From Pseudomonadota bacterium (GTDB taxonomy: Bacteria; CALINM01): a stretch of 64,000 bases of DNA. A program made the translations under genes and the position numbers. Under the pieces are notes generated by a model that was given only the letters and a program-made list of their open reading frames with translations, did no database searches and had not been told where the DNA came from. Positions 27,935 to 38,655 of the stretch are shown in pieces. The stretch covers positions 1,685 to 65,684 of the forward strand of contig JAOABK010000003.1 in NCBI GenBank assembly GCA_026418415.1. Reading direction: 5' to 3'. Numbering within the stretch: the first letter of the stretch is position 1; each line of letters starts with the position of its first letter.

Positions 27935-30186
27935 CTTTGTTTTTTGAATTTACATCCCCTTTTAGGGCATTTATAAATAGGCACCTTTTTTTCTATTGAT
28001 TCAACTAAATAGGGATTCCCGCACTCAGGACATGGTTCATTATAGGGCTTTTGATTACTAATAAACTTACATGAAGGATAGGCACTGCAACCATAAAAGG
28101 TTTTGCCTTTCTTGTTTTTCCTTTCTATCAAAGGGGAGTTACAAAGAGGACAACTAATCTCAAGCTTGATCGATTCTGTATATTTGCAATCAGGATACCT
28201 TTCACAAGCTAAAAAATTACTATATTTACCCCTTTTAATTATCAAATCAGCACCACATTCTGGGCATTTTTTCCCTGATTTTTCATTTTGTTTAATAATA
28301 ACAATCTTACCTTCCTTGTCCTTTTCAAAGTTTTTAATATTCTTACAATCAGGATAACCACTGCAAGCAAGAAACTCTTTGCCATTTTTATATTTTATAA
28401 CCATGGGCTTACCACAAACATCGCAAACCACATCAGTAGCAATTCCTGTCTTTTTTAAATTAGCCATAGTTTTAAAGGCATTATCAAGGGCTAATACAAA
28501 TTTTTTATAAAAATCTTCAACAATCTTATTCCACTTAACCTTTCCTTCTTCTACTTCATCGAGCTGTTGTTCCATCTTTGCGGTAAAATCAACATTTATG
28601 ACATCTGGAAAGCCTTGGACAAGTAAATCTGAAACTGTACATCCTAATTCAGTTGGATAAAATTTACCATCAATAATCTTCACATACTCTTTTTCAATCA
28701 GTGTGGATATAATTGTTGCATAAGTACTTGGTCTACCAATCCCGTCTTCTTCTAATTCCTTTACAATTGTTGCTTCTGTGAATCTGGGTGGAGGAGAGGT
28801 AAAGTTTTGCTCTGGTAAAATTTCTTTTAAAACTAATGAAGTATTTTCTTCGACTTGTGGTAATTTTTCCTCACCTTCATCACTATTTTCACCTTTTTCT
28901 TCTGATTCAATATATACAGCAAGAAAACCAGGAAATTTTAAGGTCAGTCCCTTGACTCTAAACAAAAACTTTTCTTTCTCCCTATCAACTATCTCATATA
29001 TAGTCTGGTTGTACTCGGCATCTTTCATCTGACAGGCAACAAATCTATCAAAAATCATCTTATACAGTGCATACTGATCCTTTGTAAGATACTCTTTGAC
29101 CTTTTCTGGTTCTAACTCCAAAGAAGTAGGTCTAATACACTCATGGGCCTCTTGAGCAGTTTTTTTGCCCTCAAACTGCCTGGGTTTTTCAGAAAGATAC
29201 TCATCACCATATTTTTGCTTTATGTATGCCCTTACAGACTCTATTGCTTCATTTGAAATCCTTGGCGAATCTGTTCTCATATAGGTTATAAGCCCTTGTC
29301 TTCCCATATCACCAAGGTCAATACCTTCATACAACATCTGTGCCAACATCATGGTTTTTTTCGTAGAAAATGATAGCTTTCTTACCCCTTCTTGTTGTAA
29401 TGTGCTTGTTATAAAGGGGGTGGGAGCACTTTTTTTACGAGGCTTTTCAATTTTATTTTTTAGATAAAAGCTACTTTGTTTTATCTCTTCAACAACCTGG
29501 TCAGTCGCTTCTTTGTTTGCTAAATTACACTTTTTCCCATCTATTTCTTCTAACTTAGCTTTAAGTATATTTTCTTTATCATCTATGAAAGTTCCTTTTA
29601 TAATCCAATATTCTTTAGGGACAAAGTTCTTAATTTCCCTTTCTCTTTCACAAATTATTCTTAATGCTACAGATTGTACTCTACCTGCAGAAAGTCCTGT
29701 TTTAACCTTTTTCCAGAGTATGGGACTAATCTTGTAACCCACAAGCCTGTCGAGAACCCTTCTTGACTTTTGAGCATCATATTTGTTTTCATCAAGATCT
29801 GTTGGATTTTGAAAAGCCCTTTTAATCGCCTCTTTAGTTACTTCATAAAAAAGTACCCTTTTTATATTCTTCTTCAAATCCTTAAGCTCTTCAGCTACAT
29901 GAAAAGCAATAGCCTCTCCTTCTCTGTCAGGGTCTGAAGCAATATAAATATTTTCAACATCCTTTGCATATTTTTTAAGATCTGCAATTACCTTCTTTGC
30001 CTTTGGCAGGTTTACATATGTAGGATGGAAACCCTTCTCAATATCTACACCAAGCGTTCTTTCTGGTAAATCTTTTATATGACCATAAGTAGCAACCACC
30101 TTACAGTTACTACCTAAATACTTCTCTATAGTCTTAGCCTTAGCGGGAGACTCCACCACTACAAGGCTTTTATCCATATTTAACAA
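27931..30186 (-). CDS. topA: DNA topoisomerase I with C-terminal zinc-ribbon repeats
   Basis: Toprim and Topo IA core motifs, catalytic Tyr region, multiple C4 zinc ribbons at the C-terminus. Confidence 0.9.
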   Translation of the reverse strand: MLNMDKSLVVVESPAKAKTIEKYLGSNCKVVATYGHIKDLPERTLGVDIEKGFHPTYVNLPKAKKVIADLKKYAKDVENIYIASDPDREGEAIAFHVAEELKDLKKNIKRVLFYEVTKEAIKRAFQNPTDLDENKYDAQKSRRVLDRLVGYKISPILWKKVKTGLSAGRVQSVALRIICEREREIKNFVPKEYWIIKGTFIDDKENILKAKLEEIDGKKCNLANKEATDQVVEEIKQSSFYLKNKIEKPRKKSAPTPFITSTLQQEGVRKLSFSTKKTMMLAQMLYEGIDLGDMGRQGLITYMRTDSPRISNEAIESVRAYIKQKYGDEYLSEKPRQFEGKKTAQEAHECIRPTSLELEPEKVKEYLTKDQYALYKMIFDRFVACQMKDAEYNQTIYEIVDREKEKFLFRVKGLTLKFPGFLAVYIESEEKGENSDEGEEKLPQVEENTSLVLKEILPEQNFTSPPPRFTEATIVKELEEDGIGRPSTYATIISTLIEKEYVKIIDGKFYPTELGCTVSDLLVQGFPDVINVDFTAKMEQQLDEVEEGKVKWNKIVEDFYKKFVLALDNAFKTMANLKKTGIATDVVCDVCGKPMVIKYKNGKEFLACSGYPDCKNIKNFEKDKEGKIVIIKQNEKSGKKCPECGADLIIKRGKYSNFLACERYPDCKYTESIKLEISCPLCNSPLIERKNKKGKTFYGCSAYPSCKFISNQKPYNEPCPECGNPYLVESIEKKVPIYKCPKRGCKFKKQR

Positions 30187-30620
30187 TCCTTTTTCAGGTT
30201 AAAAGCTTTGTAGTTAGCAAGGGCTTCCTCTGCCCATTCTTTCCTGCAGAAACGTAAAATCCTATCATTGGCTATAAGATCCCAGATATCTAATTTTGCT
30301 TTATTGTGACTAAATATTATATACCTAAGAAGGTCATCAACATAATCTTCATTTATAAAACCCATATCCATAAGAGATTTTAAATAATTATACGCAGACT
30401 CAGTACAAAAGATTTCTTTGTAAGAGTCTTTTAAATCCAGATCTCCCTCTAAGAATACATTTTTTTGGTAGGAATCAATCCAAGTAATTGCCTCTTCAAT
30501 CTCATCGTGATTATAACCTTCCATTATCAACTCATCAAAAATCTCTTCTGTGATAAGTGCACTCTCTTCCATTACTCTTTGAGAAATAAATTTAATAATC
30601 TCAAAAACCCTGTAATTCAC
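30180..30620 (-). CDS. smg: Smg protein (DUF494)
   Basis: ~146 aa acidic protein in the conserved dprA-smg-topA position. Confidence 0.65.
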   Translation of the reverse strand: MNYRVFEIIKFISQRVMEESALITEEIFDELIMEGYNHDEIEEAITWIDSYQKNVFLEGDLDLKDSYKEIFCTESAYNYLKSLMDMGFINEDYVDDLLRYIIFSHNKAKLDIWDLIANDRILRFCRKEWAEEALANYKAFNLKKDC

Positions 30621-30622
30621 TT

Positions 30623-31660
30623 CTAACTCCTTATTTTAGTATAACTTTTCCCGGGTAAAGCCCTGATCAAACCCTTTAACTCTAACTGAAGCAAAAAGTT
30701 TGCCAGTGTCGAAGGTCCTTTGTCAAGCAAAAAACACAAAGTATCGAAATTTACTGGTTCTTCTCCTATATTGGACAAAATTTCTTCTTCCTCCTTTGAA
30801 AGGTTTACCAAGGGATGTTTTTTTGTTTCATCCTTTAAAAGTTGGGGGAAAACATCTTCGATTATATCTTTTCCAGAAGTTGCAATTTTAGCACCATTTT
30901 TAATAAGGATATTGTTGCCTTTAGAGTTTTTTTCCAGAGGCGTTCTTGGGATGGCAAATAATTCTCTGCTCTGTTCAATCGCAAACCTTGCTGTTATTAG
31001 TGAACCACTTCTTTCTCCTGATTCAACAACTAAAACAGCCTTAGAAAGACCACTAATAATCCTATTTCGCCTTGGAAAATTTTGGGGCAATGCAGGAGTT
31101 CCTAAAGGAAATTCAGAAAAGATACATCCCTGTTTGATAACTTTATTAAAGAGATCTCTATTTGAAGAAGGATATATAATGTCGATTCCACAGCCAAGTA
31201 CTCCTATGGTTCTTAATCCATATTCAATTGCTTTATTTTGGGCAATTGAGTCAACCCCCCTTGCAAGTCCACTTACAATACATATTGGAAGATCTTGAAA
31301 ATCCTTAATATAACTATCAACTATGTCAATACTTTTTAAAGATGCATCCCTTGATCCAACAAAGGCTATTGCATTCTCATCTAAGTCTAAATACTCTCCT
31401 TTATAAAATAAAATTGGTGGTGGGTAGTCTATATTTTTTAACATTTTTGGGTAATCTTCCTCTAAAAGTGATGTTACTTTTATTGATTCTCCTTTCATTT
31501 TTTTCAGATAATTTTTCCCTCTTTCGATATCATCATTGCTAAACTTATTACTAACAAATTCTTCTAATTCTTTTATAGTTGAGGCTTTTCTAAATACTTC
31601 ATAAAGCTCCTTTTCTTTAAGTTTTATAGAACATAAAATATAAAGTAATTCTTTGCTCAT
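30623..31660 (-). CDS. dprA: DNA processing protein DprA (Smf)
   Basis: Rossmann-like DprA core (FVGSRDAS...IVSGLARGVDS...GCGIDIIYP...NFPRRNRIISGLS). Confidence 0.85.
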   Translation of the reverse strand: MSKELLYILCSIKLKEKELYEVFRKASTIKELEEFVSNKFSNDDIERGKNYLKKMKGESIKVTSLLEEDYPKMLKNIDYPPPILFYKGEYLDLDENAIAFVGSRDASLKSIDIVDSYIKDFQDLPICIVSGLARGVDSIAQNKAIEYGLRTIGVLGCGIDIIYPSSNRDLFNKVIKQGCIFSEFPLGTPALPQNFPRRNRIISGLSKAVLVVESGERSGSLITARFAIEQSRELFAIPRTPLEKNSKGNNILIKNGAKIATSGKDIIEDVFPQLLKDETKKHPLVNLSKEEEEILSNIGEEPVNFDTLCFLLDKGPSTLANFLLQLELKGLIRALPGKSYTKIRS

Positions 31661-31786
31661 AGGTTTTTATTTGTTATCATTAAGGATAAATTATGTCAAG
31701 GAATAATGTTTGTTCAAAAATTAAATCTTCACAATTTCTACAAAAATTTTTAATAAACTTATCATAATTTTAAGGGAGGACAGGTT

Positions 31787-31993
31787 ATGAAAGTTTTTCT
31801 AAATTATTTTATTATGCTCACAATGCTTGTTTCCTCAGCAATAACAATAAAACTTAATTATGACCCTAAAAAAGGATATAGCTACACAATAACAGGACCA
31901 AATGCTGAAGAGGTAATAGATGCAGAGATTAAAATTAAAAATTATATTAGGAAAGGAAAAATACCAGTAAAGCAAAATGATGAAAAAAAATAA
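31787..31993 (+). CDS. Small secreted Lys-rich protein (68 aa)
   Basis: Signal-peptide-like N-terminus; SD-like aagggagga upstream; directly precedes the TolC/MFP/ABC exporter operon. Confidence 0.4.
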   Translation: MKVFLNYFIMLTMLVSSAITIKLNYDPKKGYSYTITGPNAEEVIDAEIKIKNYIRKGKIPVKQNDEKK

Positions 31994-32036
31994 TTTACAT
32001 CTAAGCAACTAAAAATTAAAATCAAAAAGGTGATTT

Positions 32037-33311
32037 ATGAGTCATTTTAAAATTAGGTCTATTTTATTAATAATTTTTTTACTTTTCCCCTTTTATCTCC
32101 AAGCCTATACTTTAGAAGAATTAATTAAGTTAGGCACAAAAAGCTATCCCTTACTACAACAACAAAAGCTAATTGTTTCTTCAGAAAAAGAAAGATATAA
32201 AGCATCCTTTGATCCCTACTATCCTACTCTTGACTTCTCATTAGGTTATACAAACTACCTTCAATCAAGATTGAATCCTCAACTCGATGATAAAAACTTT
32301 TATAGTGGTTCCTTTTCTTTAGGATATACCCTTTTCAACGAAAAGAGAGCCCCAGCAAAGGAAATTAAAAAATATACCTTTATGATTGAAGAAAATATTT
32401 ACAAGGGCCTTGAAAAAGATCTTGTGAAATATATAAAGGATTTATATTTCAAGATATTGGCAGAAAAAAAGAAGTTAGAATCTCGTAAGGAAACATTACA
32501 TTCCGCAAAGCGATCCCTTGATCTTGCTTCCGCAAAAAAAGATGTTGGTATTGCAAGACTCGCCGAAGTATACCAAGCAAATGTTAGATATGAAAATGCT
32601 AAGTTAAATATAATTGAAACAGAGAATAATCTAAAAAAATTGCTATATGAACTCTCAAGTATAATTGATAAAGATATAACTGAAAAAGACATAGAAGGAG
32701 AACTTAATCCTACCCTTATACCTTTTCCAGAAGAAGATTTAGCAAACATAGCTTTAGAAAGAAGAGAAGAGATTATCAGAGAAAAACTAACATTTAAAAG
32801 CCTCGAAGAGGAGAGAAAAATTGTTAAATCAGAATTTTATCCTACTGCACAAACCTTTCTTACCTATAGAAGAAGCGATGGTAGTTTTGTGCCTCCACCA
32901 TCAAAAGAAGAAACCCGTCTTGATATTGTATTAAACTGGAATATTTTTTCAGGCCCTGGAAAATTCCACAATTTAAAAGCATCGGACTATAATTTATCTG
33001 CCCAAAAAAAGAGAATAGAAGATGTTATTAGAAATATAAAACTCGATGTAAAAAAAATACTTGCAGATTTTCATACTGCAACTGAACAGATAAAAGCATC
33101 AGAAGCACTTCTAAAGTCAGCAAAACAAAACTTTGATCAAGCATATGAAGAATATAGAATTGGTAAGGGCGATATTTTGTCATTAATACAATCTGAAATA
33201 GATCTTGCCAATGCAAAGGAAAATTATATAACTACAATTTTAAATCAGAACCTTGCTAAGAATATATTAGAAAGGACCTTAGGAATAAACAGTTTTGAGG
33301 AGCTAAAATGA
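32037..33311 (+). CDS. TolC-family outer membrane efflux protein
   Basis: Signal peptide; two OEP-type repeats. Confidence 0.75.
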   Translation: MSHFKIRSILLIIFLLFPFYLQAYTLEELIKLGTKSYPLLQQQKLIVSSEKERYKASFDPYYPTLDFSLGYTNYLQSRLNPQLDDKNFYSGSFSLGYTLFNEKRAPAKEIKKYTFMIEENIYKGLEKDLVKYIKDLYFKILAEKKKLESRKETLHSAKRSLDLASAKKDVGIARLAEVYQANVRYENAKLNIIETENNLKKLLYELSSIIDKDITEKDIEGELNPTLIPFPEEDLANIALERREEIIREKLTFKSLEEERKIVKSEFYPTAQTFLTYRRSDGSFVPPPSKEETRLDIVLNWNIFSGPGKFHNLKASDYNLSAQKKRIEDVIRNIKLDVKKILADFHTATEQIKASEALLKSAKQNFDQAYEEYRIGKGDILSLIQSEIDLANAKENYITTILNQNLAKNILERTLGINSFEELK

Positions 33312-34561
33312 ATAAAAAACTAAAAATAGCATTACCTTTAGTAATACTCTTAGTGATTGGGATTCTTACTTATTTTTTCTTTTTCAGAGAAAAAAAGCAA
33401 GAAATTACATATACCCCTGCTACAGTAACAAGGGGTGATATTACAAGAATTGTAGAGGTTACAGGTATTATAAAACCTCAGGTAGGTGCTCAAGTAAAAG
33501 TAGGTACAAGAGCTACAGGAACATTGATAAAATTACGTTATCAAGTAGGTGACTATGTCAAAAAGGGTGAACTTATTGCTCTAATTGATGATAGACAGAT
33601 TCTTTCTGATTTAGATAATGCAAAGGCTTCCCTAAAATATGCTGAGGATAATTACAAGCTCATTAAAGATACCTACCCTTTAAAGATAGCAGAACAGGAA
33701 GCAACTTTAAAGAGTTTGAATGCCCAAAAAGAATATGCAACAACAAATCTAAATAGACAACTCGAACTTTTTAAAAGAGGGTTCGCAACACAAGATGAGA
33801 TTGATAGAGCAAAGAAAGAGGCAGATGTGGCAGTTTCAAATTATGAACAGGCATTAACAACCTTAAAAAGGTTAAAAGAGGAATATCAAAGACAGTTAGA
33901 ATTGGCCCAATCAAATATTGATCAAGCACAGGCAAGAATTAAAAACTTAGAAGTAAACCTAACATATACAAGAATATATTCACCAATTAATGGTATTGTT
34001 TCTCAAGTGGCAACACAGGAAGGAGAAACTGTCGTTGCTGGTCTATCAGCGCCTAATCTAATTACCCTCTTAGATCCAAATCTTCTTGAAATTTGGATTT
34101 ATGTTGATGAAACAGATATAGGCAAAGTTAAAGTAGGACTTCCAATAGAATATAAAGTAGATGCTTATAGAGATAAGGTGTTTCAGGGTACAATTTCTGC
34201 TATATACCCACAACCAGAGATAAAGGATAATATTGTTTACTATTTAGCAACAGTTAAAATAAAGCCAGAGGATGCAAAATTCTTAAGACCTGAAATGACA
34301 ACTCATGTCAAAATTTTCACAGAAACCAAGAAAAATGTATTACTGGTTCCAAATCCAGCAGTTAAATTTGAAAAGGGAGAATATATAGTTTTTATACCCA
34401 AGGGAAAAGCGGCTGAACCAGTTCCAGTTAAAGTAGGCATACGAGATGAAAAAATGACCGAAATCATCTCTGGATTAAAAGAAAATGACAAAATACTTAT
34501 AGAGAAAAAGCCAATTCCCCAGATCCCGGTAAGCAACCAACCACAGCAGGGTAGAAGGTGA
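33308..34561 (+). CDS. Periplasmic adaptor / membrane fusion protein (HlyD/MacA family)
   Basis: N-terminal TM, coiled-coil hairpin, beta-barrel and lipoyl-like segments. Confidence 0.75.
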   Translation: MNKKLKIALPLVILLVIGILTYFFFFREKKQEITYTPATVTRGDITRIVEVTGIIKPQVGAQVKVGTRATGTLIKLRYQVGDYVKKGELIALIDDRQILSDLDNAKASLKYAEDNYKLIKDTYPLKIAEQEATLKSLNAQKEYATTNLNRQLELFKRGFATQDEIDRAKKEADVAVSNYEQALTTLKRLKEEYQRQLELAQSNIDQAQARIKNLEVNLTYTRIYSPINGIVSQVATQEGETVVAGLSAPNLITLLDPNLLEIWIYVDETDIGKVKVGLPIEYKVDAYRDKVFQGTISAIYPQPEIKDNIVYYLATVKIKPEDAKFLRPEMTTHVKIFTETKKNVLLVPNPAVKFEKGEYIVFIPKGKAAEPVPVKVGIRDEKMTEIISGLKENDKILIEKKPIPQIPVSNQPQQGRR

Positions 34562-35235
34562 TGGAAAATATCCCTATTATAGAGTTAAAAGAAATAAGAA
34601 AGAGTTTTTTTATAGGAAATAGAGAAATAGAAGTACTCAAAGGTATTAACATAAAGATTTACGAAAAGGAATCAATCGCAATTATAGGTCAATCTGGCTC
34701 TGGTAAAACTACTCTCATGAATATTATTGGTTGTATGGATAGAGCTACCTCTGGTACATATTTATTTAAAGGTAAAGACATTACCACATTCAATGATGAT
34801 GAATTATCCTCATTCAGAAATGAGAGCATTGGATTTGTATTTCAACAGTTTCATTTAATTCCCTATATAAATGCCCTTGATAATGTTATATTACCAACCA
34901 TTTATTCAAAAAAAAATATTGATAATGTTAAACAAAAAGCAATTTCCCTTTTAACTGAATTGGGAATGCATGATAGGATTTATAATAAACCAACCCAACT
35001 TTCTGGAGGTCAACAACAAAGGGTTGCAATAGCAAGAGCCTTGATTAATGATCCAGAGATAATTTTAGCAGATGAACCAACTGGCGCACTTGATACAAAG
35101 ACTTCTTCAGAAATAATGGATATTCTTACTTCGCTAAATGAAAAGGGAAAAACAATTATAATAATAACCCATGAACAGGAAATAGCAAATCGTTGTAAAA
35201 AAATTATTAGAATATCCGATGGCAAAATTGTTTAA
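34558..35235 (+). CDS. ABC transporter ATP-binding protein (MacB/LolD-type)
   Basis: Walker A GQSGSGKTT, signature LSGGQQQRV, Walker B ILADEPT. Confidence 0.85.
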   Translation: MMENIPIIELKEIRKSFFIGNREIEVLKGINIKIYEKESIAIIGQSGSGKTTLMNIIGCMDRATSGTYLFKGKDITTFNDDELSSFRNESIGFVFQQFHLIPYINALDNVILPTIYSKKNIDNVKQKAISLLTELGMHDRIYNKPTQLSGGQQQRVAIARALINDPEIILADEPTGALDTKTSSEIMDILTSLNEKGKTIIIITHEQEIANRCKKIIRISDGKIV

Positions 35236-36448
35236 AATATATAAATTACGTCTTTTCAATCAGGCTTTAAAAGCAATAATATCCTATCCTTTAAGGAGTT
35301 TTTTTTGTCTTATTGGAATATCCTTAGGCATTTTATCAATTACCCTAATTATCGCATCTATAGAGGGGGCTAATAAAAAGGCTTTACAACTATTTAGCGA
35401 TTTTGGCCCCGATGCAATACTTATTTTTAGTGGTTCAGAACAATTGAGATCCGCAAGAATAAGAATTAATACCCTTACCTTTGACGATATGGAAGCTATT
35501 AGAAATCATATTATTGGTTGTTATGAAACAATACCAATGATACCTGTTAGAAATATGACTGTTGCTTACGGCGACAAAAAATGGAGAACCCTTGGTATAG
35601 GAAGTACAACTGAATACTTTACATCTTGGGGATGGAGAATAAGCGATGGAAATAGCTTCAGTGAAGAGGACATAGAAGAATTTAACAATGTTGCAGTAAT
35701 AGGACAGGAGATAGTAAAACAGGTATTTAATGGTGATCCCCAATCGGCAATAGGAAAAACAATCTTACTAAATAATAAGCCCTTCTACATCGCTGGGGTT
35801 TTAAAAGAGAGGGGAATTTCCTTTGGTAGCATGGTACTTGATGACAGAATTATAATGCCAATTACCACAGTTATGCGAGAATTATTAAATGAAAGAAAAT
35901 ATATAGGCGCAATAAGGGCAAGATTCTATGGTGATTTAAATTCAAGGATTGAAGATGTAGTTTCACTGCTTAGAGAAAGACATGGATTGAAAGGAGAAAT
36001 GCCGAATGACTTCACAATTAGAACCGCTGAAGACGCAAAGCAGTTTTTACTGGTTTTACAGGGAACCCTTGTTTTATTTTTAGGGATTACTGGAAGTATC
36101 TCATTAGTAGTAGGCGGGTTTGTAATGGCAAATCTTTTTATGATTTCTGTGCAAGAAAGAAGTTCTGAAATTGGTATTAGACGCGCCTTCGGAGCAAAAA
36201 AGAATCATATAATAACCCAGATATTGCTTGAATGTGTAATAATTGCACTTGCTGGAAGTTTAATTGGATTAATACTTTCCTTTATTGCTGGGAAATTAAT
36301 TCTTGCTTATACAACAATCCCCATATCCTTTTCCTATAAAGTATTCTGGATAACAGCTTTAGTAGCCACCATTGTTGGCGTTATTTCTGGATTGTATCCT
36401 GCAAAAAGGGCAGCATCACTAAATCCAGTGGAGGCGCTATTTGCTTAG
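35219..36448 (+). CDS. ABC transporter permease, FtsX/MacB-type (periplasmic domain + 4 TM)
   Basis: N-terminal TM, large periplasmic domain, C-terminal FtsX-like 3-TM bundle. Confidence 0.75.
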   Translation: MAKLFKIYKLRLFNQALKAIISYPLRSFFCLIGISLGILSITLIIASIEGANKKALQLFSDFGPDAILIFSGSEQLRSARIRINTLTFDDMEAIRNHIIGCYETIPMIPVRNMTVAYGDKKWRTLGIGSTTEYFTSWGWRISDGNSFSEEDIEEFNNVAVIGQEIVKQVFNGDPQSAIGKTILLNNKPFYIAGVLKERGISFGSMVLDDRIIMPITTVMRELLNERKYIGAIRARFYGDLNSRIEDVVSLLRERHGLKGEMPNDFTIRTAEDAKQFLLVLQGTLVLFLGITGSISLVVGGFVMANLFMISVQERSSEIGIRRAFGAKKNHIITQILLECVIIALAGSLIGLILSFIAGKLILAYTTIPISFSYKVFWITALVATIVGVISGLYPAKRAASLNPVEALFA

Positions 36449-37667
36449 AAGTATTAAAATAAATCTCCTATTGGTAATAAAAAACCTCCATACCCATAAA
36501 ATAAGAACGCTACTCTCTATACTTGGTATTGCTTTTGGTACAATATCACTTGTAGTTGTATCAAATATTACAGAAATGATGAAAAAAAAGGTAGCTATAG
36601 AAGCTGAAAAGTATGGAAAAAACTTAGTCATTGTCTCAGCTGGAACTTCTCTGACGCCTGGAAGGGGTAGAACGATTTTCTTGCCTGCTAAAACTTTAAA
36701 AGAATCAGATGCTAAAGAAGTAAAACTCTCCATACCAAATGTTATGGATGTATCTCCATCTTTTTCAAAATCCTTCCCCCTTCGATATAAGGAATCAAGG
36801 GTAACAGCAAATGCAATAGGTATCTCAAAAAATTATAATCAACTACGTAATATAAAAATTTACCTGGGCAGGTATTTTATCGATTCTGAATTTGATAACA
36901 ACGAGAAAAAAGTGATTCTTGGATATAAAATTTATGAAAACCTATTTGGCAAAGAGGACCCCTTAGGGAAATATGTACTCCTTTTTCGCGCACCATTAGA
37001 AGTAGTAGGGGTATTAGAGCCGATGGGAGTCGACTTGACTGGAAATGATCAGGATAACCAGATACTAATTCCATATAGCACTATGATAAGAAGAATACTC
37101 AATGTTGATTATATTACAACTTTTTACGTGCAGGTATCAGATTCTAAATTCCTTAATCAAAGTAAAGAGGAAATTACAAAACTACTGAGAATAAGACATA
37201 AAATTCAAAAAGGACAAAGGGATGATTTTTTTGTAAGAGCAATTACTGATCTTGTATCTATTAAAGATGAAGCAACAACACTTGTAAATGATTTAGGAAA
37301 TACCGCATCAATACTTTCCTTTTCAATTGGTGGCCTTGGCATATTAGCAATTATGATGATGACAGTAGCAGAAAGAAAACGAGAAATTGGAATTAGACGT
37401 GCTTGTGGTGCTACTAAAAAAGATATAATATTACAATTTTTATTAGAAGCACTTTTTCTTACCATTTCTGGTTCTATTTTAGGAATTTTTGTAGCTTCAT
37501 TAGTTACTTTGATAATTAGTCACTATGCTTTATACCCACTTGCCTTTTCAGTTATGTCTATCTTTATTTCTATTATCCTATCCTTTTGCCTTGGAATATT
37601 TGCAGGGCTTTATCCAGCGAAAAAGGCTTCTGATGTAGACCCAATAAAGGCATTATACGAGGTTTAA
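36441..37667 (+). CDS. Second FtsX/MacB-type ABC permease
   Basis: Same architecture as the preceding gene (GIRRACGATKKDI). Confidence 0.75.
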   Translation: MLRSIKINLLLVIKNLHTHKIRTLLSILGIAFGTISLVVVSNITEMMKKKVAIEAEKYGKNLVIVSAGTSLTPGRGRTIFLPAKTLKESDAKEVKLSIPNVMDVSPSFSKSFPLRYKESRVTANAIGISKNYNQLRNIKIYLGRYFIDSEFDNNEKKVILGYKIYENLFGKEDPLGKYVLLFRAPLEVVGVLEPMGVDLTGNDQDNQILIPYSTMIRRILNVDYITTFYVQVSDSKFLNQSKEEITKLLRIRHKIQKGQRDDFFVRAITDLVSIKDEATTLVNDLGNTASILSFSIGGLGILAIMMMTVAERKREIGIRRACGATKKDIILQFLLEALFLTISGSILGIFVASLVTLIISHYALYPLAFSVMSIFISIILSFCLGIFAGLYPAKKASDVDPIKALYEV

Positions 37668-38228
37668 AGTTTTAAGAAAATTTTCTAAAACTTCTTTAAG
37701 TAGAGGAATATACCTTTCTTTTGTCAATTTTTTCTCAACTGCGTACATAAATACACCCCTAAGGATGCCACCAAGAATATAACCATATAACTCAGCTTTT
37801 ACATCATCATTATTCATTAATTTTTCAAGGATATCTTTTCTTGATTTAGTCATTTCTTCGTGAATTTTAGTTAGTTTTTCAACAAATTCTATCTCACCAT
37901 ACCCTTCTCTGAAAATAAGAAGGGTTGTTTTATAATTTTCCATAAAATAGTTAAAGAGATTTAGTTCCTTTTTTATCAATAGATCAGAGTAATCTTTATA
38001 TAAATAGTTTTCTTCAAAAAGAATTTTATAAACATCTTTGTGAAATTCATTGATTATTTCAGCAAGAATATCCTTTTTGCTTTCAAAATGAAGATAATAA
38101 GTCCCCTGACAAACACCAGCTTTTTTTACTATATCAGATACCTTTGACAGGAAATATCCTTTTTCAGAAAAAACATCTTTACCTATATTTATTAATTCTT
38201 CTTTAGTTATGATTCTTTTTTTGCGCAT
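37653..38228 (-). CDS. TetR-family transcriptional regulator
   Basis: N-terminal HTH (GYFLSKVSDIVKKAGVCQGTYYLHFESK); convergent with the efflux operon. Confidence 0.75.
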   Translation of the reverse strand: MRKKRIITKEELINIGKDVFSEKGYFLSKVSDIVKKAGVCQGTYYLHFESKKDILAEIINEFHKDVYKILFEENYLYKDYSDLLIKKELNLFNYFMENYKTTLLIFREGYGEIEFVEKLTKIHEEMTKSRKDILEKLMNNDDVKAELYGYILGGILRGVFMYAVEKKLTKERYIPLLKEVLENFLKTLNLV

Positions 38229-38282
38229 TTATATAGTTAATATAATAAGTTAACAAAAATTTTTTGGGTAGTTTTTTTTAAG

Positions 38283-38310
38283 AGAGGGCTGGTTTTTAAC
38301 CAGCCCTAAT
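38283..38310 (-). terminator. Stem-loop terminator candidate downstream of the cytochrome/porin operon
   Basis: GGGCTGG-ttttaa-CCAGCCC hairpin read directly; on the minus strand it is followed by TCTCTT then an A-run (weak U-tract). Confidence 0.4.
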
Positions 38311-38316
38311 GATGTA

Positions 38317-38640
38317 TTAGCAACCTGCAGTTCGGAGGAGGGATTTACTTACGTTTTTGCCATCCTTTACTTCATATCTACAACGAACCTCATCACCTTC
38401 CCTGATTTTATAGCTCTTGAATTTGTCTAAAGTCTCATCGTCATATACATAAACTTCAATAACATTTTGAGTTTTATTATCTTTAATACCAACAACTGCA
38501 GACTTCCCATCGGTGGCTAACTCTATTTTTACCACTTCACCAACAATCTTTTTAGCTTCTTCGGCTCTAACAGAACTGACATTTAAAGCCATAATAAATG
38601 TAACCAGTCCAATTAATAATAAACATACGGTTTTTTTCAT
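38317..38640 (-). CDS. Small secreted protein (107 aa)
   Basis: Signal peptide ending VRAEE; last gene of the cytochrome operon. Confidence 0.45.
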   Translation of the reverse strand: MKKTVCLLLIGLVTFIMALNVSSVRAEEAKKIVGEVVKIELATDGKSAVVGIKDNKTQNVIEVYVYDDETLDKFKSYKIREGDEVRCRYEVKDGKNVSKSLLRTAGC

Positions 38641-38655
38641 AAAATACTCCTTTTT

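Noticed and set aside
30720-31298. 192-aa plus-strand ORF
   Set aside because: Antisense within dprA. No motifs, and the composition is that of a shadow ORF.
27931-31660. topA-smg-dprA arrangement
   Set aside because: Real, but it is the widely conserved ordinary synteny and not novel.
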